64,000 nt of DNA from positions 5,269 to 69,268 of the forward strand of contig JADLHC010000110.1 in the NCBI GenBank assembly GCA_020849035.1, in the 5' to 3' direction. This document shows, in pieces, positions 62,821 to 64,000 of this stretch. This DNA is from Planctomycetia bacterium. GTDB taxonomy: Bacteria; Planctomycetota; MHYJ01; WSZJ01. Both the position numbers and the translations under genes were made by a program. How positions within the stretch are numbered: the stretch's first letter is position 1; each line of letters starts with the position of its first letter. Below the pieces are notes generated by a model. That model saw only the letters and a list, made by a program, of their open reading frames with translations. It did no database searches and was not told where the DNA came from.

Positions 62821-63330
62821 ATGTTCCGACACGCAGTTCTCCGCGACGCCGCTTACCAGCTCCAGCTCCCGCGCGACCGCGCGCGCGCTCACGCCCTCGC
62901 ATTCGAGGCGATCGAGGAGCTCTGCGGCGGACGGCCCGGCGACGCCCCGCTCGACTCGACCAGTCATTCTTCTTTCTGCGCCCATCCGACGGACCCCTTC
63001 GCCGAGGGTCTGGCCGGGCACGCCCTCCTGGGGACGGCTGCGCGGCCGGACCTTGGCGCCCTGGAGGTCACGTATCTCGCCCGGGCCGCGGCCGTCGCCG
63101 AGCGCAGCTTTCGCCAGGCGGACGCCGCCCGGCTCTGGCTGCGCGTCGCGGAACTGACCGGGCAGTAGGTCCTGGCGGACGCGTGGCGCAAGGCGGGCAT
63201 GGCCTTCCGTGACATCGATGCGCAGCGCTCCGAGTCCCTCCGCCGCCGCCCCGCTCCTGCTACCCTGTTGATCCCGGATCGGGAGCGAATCCGCTGTGAA
63301 TGCCATGAGCTTTCCGAATCTTGTCTGTGA
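62821..63330 (+). pseudogene. Decayed fourth paralog of the FRHALLRDAAYQLQLP TPR family
   Basis: MFRHAVLRDAAYQLQLPRDRARAHALAFEAIEELCGGRP. TAA just upstream in the conserved leader. In-frame TAG at 63166-63168 with homology continuing (AWRKAGMAFRD). The TPR body is missing. Confidence 0.55.
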
Positions 63331-63700
63331 TGCGACCCGGAAACTGCCGCAGGACAACATGAGGCATGCCGCCTTTGTGGCCCTTCTCCGGGGGCGCGGG
63401 TGTCAGTTCCTGGAAGGTCGACGTTGCGACCCTGACGACGACCTGCACGGGCCGGAAAGGCGAGAGCTACGCCGAGACCGGCGCCGTGCCGCGGACCGTC
63501 GCGGGCACGTACAACGCCGAGATCCCGGACGCGGCGCCCGCGCCCGGGCACGCGGGGAACTCGAGCCCGCCGCTTTCCTCGACCGCGTCGCGGCCGCCGG
63601 CATCCGGACCTGCGAGGTGCGCATCTCGGACCGCGTGATCGTCTACGAGGGCCACGGCCACTCCTACGCAGAGTCGCTTCACCGCCAGCCGGTGCCTTGA
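63296..63700 (+). CDS. Hypothetical small protein, probably disrupted by two compensating frameshifts
   Basis: Third-position GC bias switches frame at G-runs near 63393-63397 and 63553-63556. A merged reading is MRHAAFVALLRG/AGVSSWKVDVATLTTTCTG...APGHAG/ELEPAAFLDRV...VIVYEGHGHSY. Confidence 0.3.
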   Translation: MNAMSFPNLVCDATRKLPQDNMRHAAFVALLRGRGCQFLEGRRCDPDDDLHGPERRELRRDRRRAADRRGHVQRRDPGRGARARARGELEPAAFLDRVAAAGIRTCEVRISDRVIVYEGHGHSYAESLHRQPVP

Positions 63701-63734
63701 CGCCGGGGCGGGGAGGGCCCAACCTTCTGTCCCC

Positions 63735-64000
63735 ATGCCCGCCCCCCGCGACCCCGACGCCGAGTTCGGCGTCCCTTTCCCCGGCCGCCCCCTCCCCCGC
63801 GACCGCTGGACCACCACCGGCCTCCGCGACCCCGGCGGCGTCTTCGACTGGGGGAGAACGTTCGGGCGGGAAGCGCGCCGCGTCGTGGACCTCGGCTGCG
63901 GCAACGGCCGCTACCTCATCGGCTCCGCCCTCGCCCGCCCCGACTGCGACCACGTCGGCGTGGACGTCGTGCAGGTCGCCGTGGACTACGCCGCCCGGCG
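63735..64000 (+). CDS. Class I SAM-dependent methyltransferase (TrmB-like), 3' end outside window
   Basis: ATG at 63735. The reading frame is open to the window edge with high GC3. SAM-binding motif I VVDLGCGNGRYLIGS. Confidence 0.5.
   Translation, partial: MPAPRDPDAEFGVPFPGRPLPRDRWTTTGLRDPGGVFDWGRTFGREARRVVDLGCGNGRYLIGSALARPDCDHVGVDVVQVAVDYAAR

Overview
High-GC bacterial chromosomal window, densely coding and full of spurious shadow ORFs. No tools were run: frames were chosen by motif recognition, third-position G/C bias and start/stop coupling, and all family names come from motifs read by eye. Housekeeping-like content includes a lipid kinase, DUF72, SSB, two ECF-type sigma factors, three Hanks-type Ser/Thr kinases, a CsoR-type repressor with a heavy-metal RND efflux operon, secreted proteases, and many TPR/HEAT proteins. 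The gene content resembles environmental diderm bacteria, but the taxon cannot be determined here. The main feature is a composite accessory island of about 18 kb (about 28.4-46.5 kb) that looks more AT-rich by eye. It is bracketed by two directly oriented tRNA-Sec-like fragments that share an identical 15-mer. It carries an orphan SEC-C-motif protein, an AAA+ ATPase/S8 protease pair (IetAS-like), two tyrosine recombinases around a decayed restriction-type gene, and a four-gene SNF2 helicase / DUF4391-like / DNA methyltransferase / Res helicase-nuclease module. Next to the tRNA-like end are a 10-bp-phased TCCGTC repeat array and a 14-bp perfect hairpin. Other items worth a second look: (1) an inverted-repeat element family with an ATCCGCGA core, one copy empty and one carrying a GxxExxY gene; (2) four paralogous TPR genes that start at a helix normally found after a STAND/AAA_16 NTPase domain but lack the NTPase, clustered with a kinase-TPR gene and a GNAT; (3) a metalloprotease with eight Cys/His-rich HPGGD...PCxH repeats; (4) an in-frame TGA at the lipobox cysteine position of a TPR lipoprotein; (5) an orphan leader with a strong terminator followed by a 35-codon Cys-containing ORF; (6) a bacterial ERCC4/XPF-like nuclease operon. 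Several in-frame stops and frameshifts occur in accessory genes and could be real decay or assembly error. No rRNA and no CRISPR array were seen.
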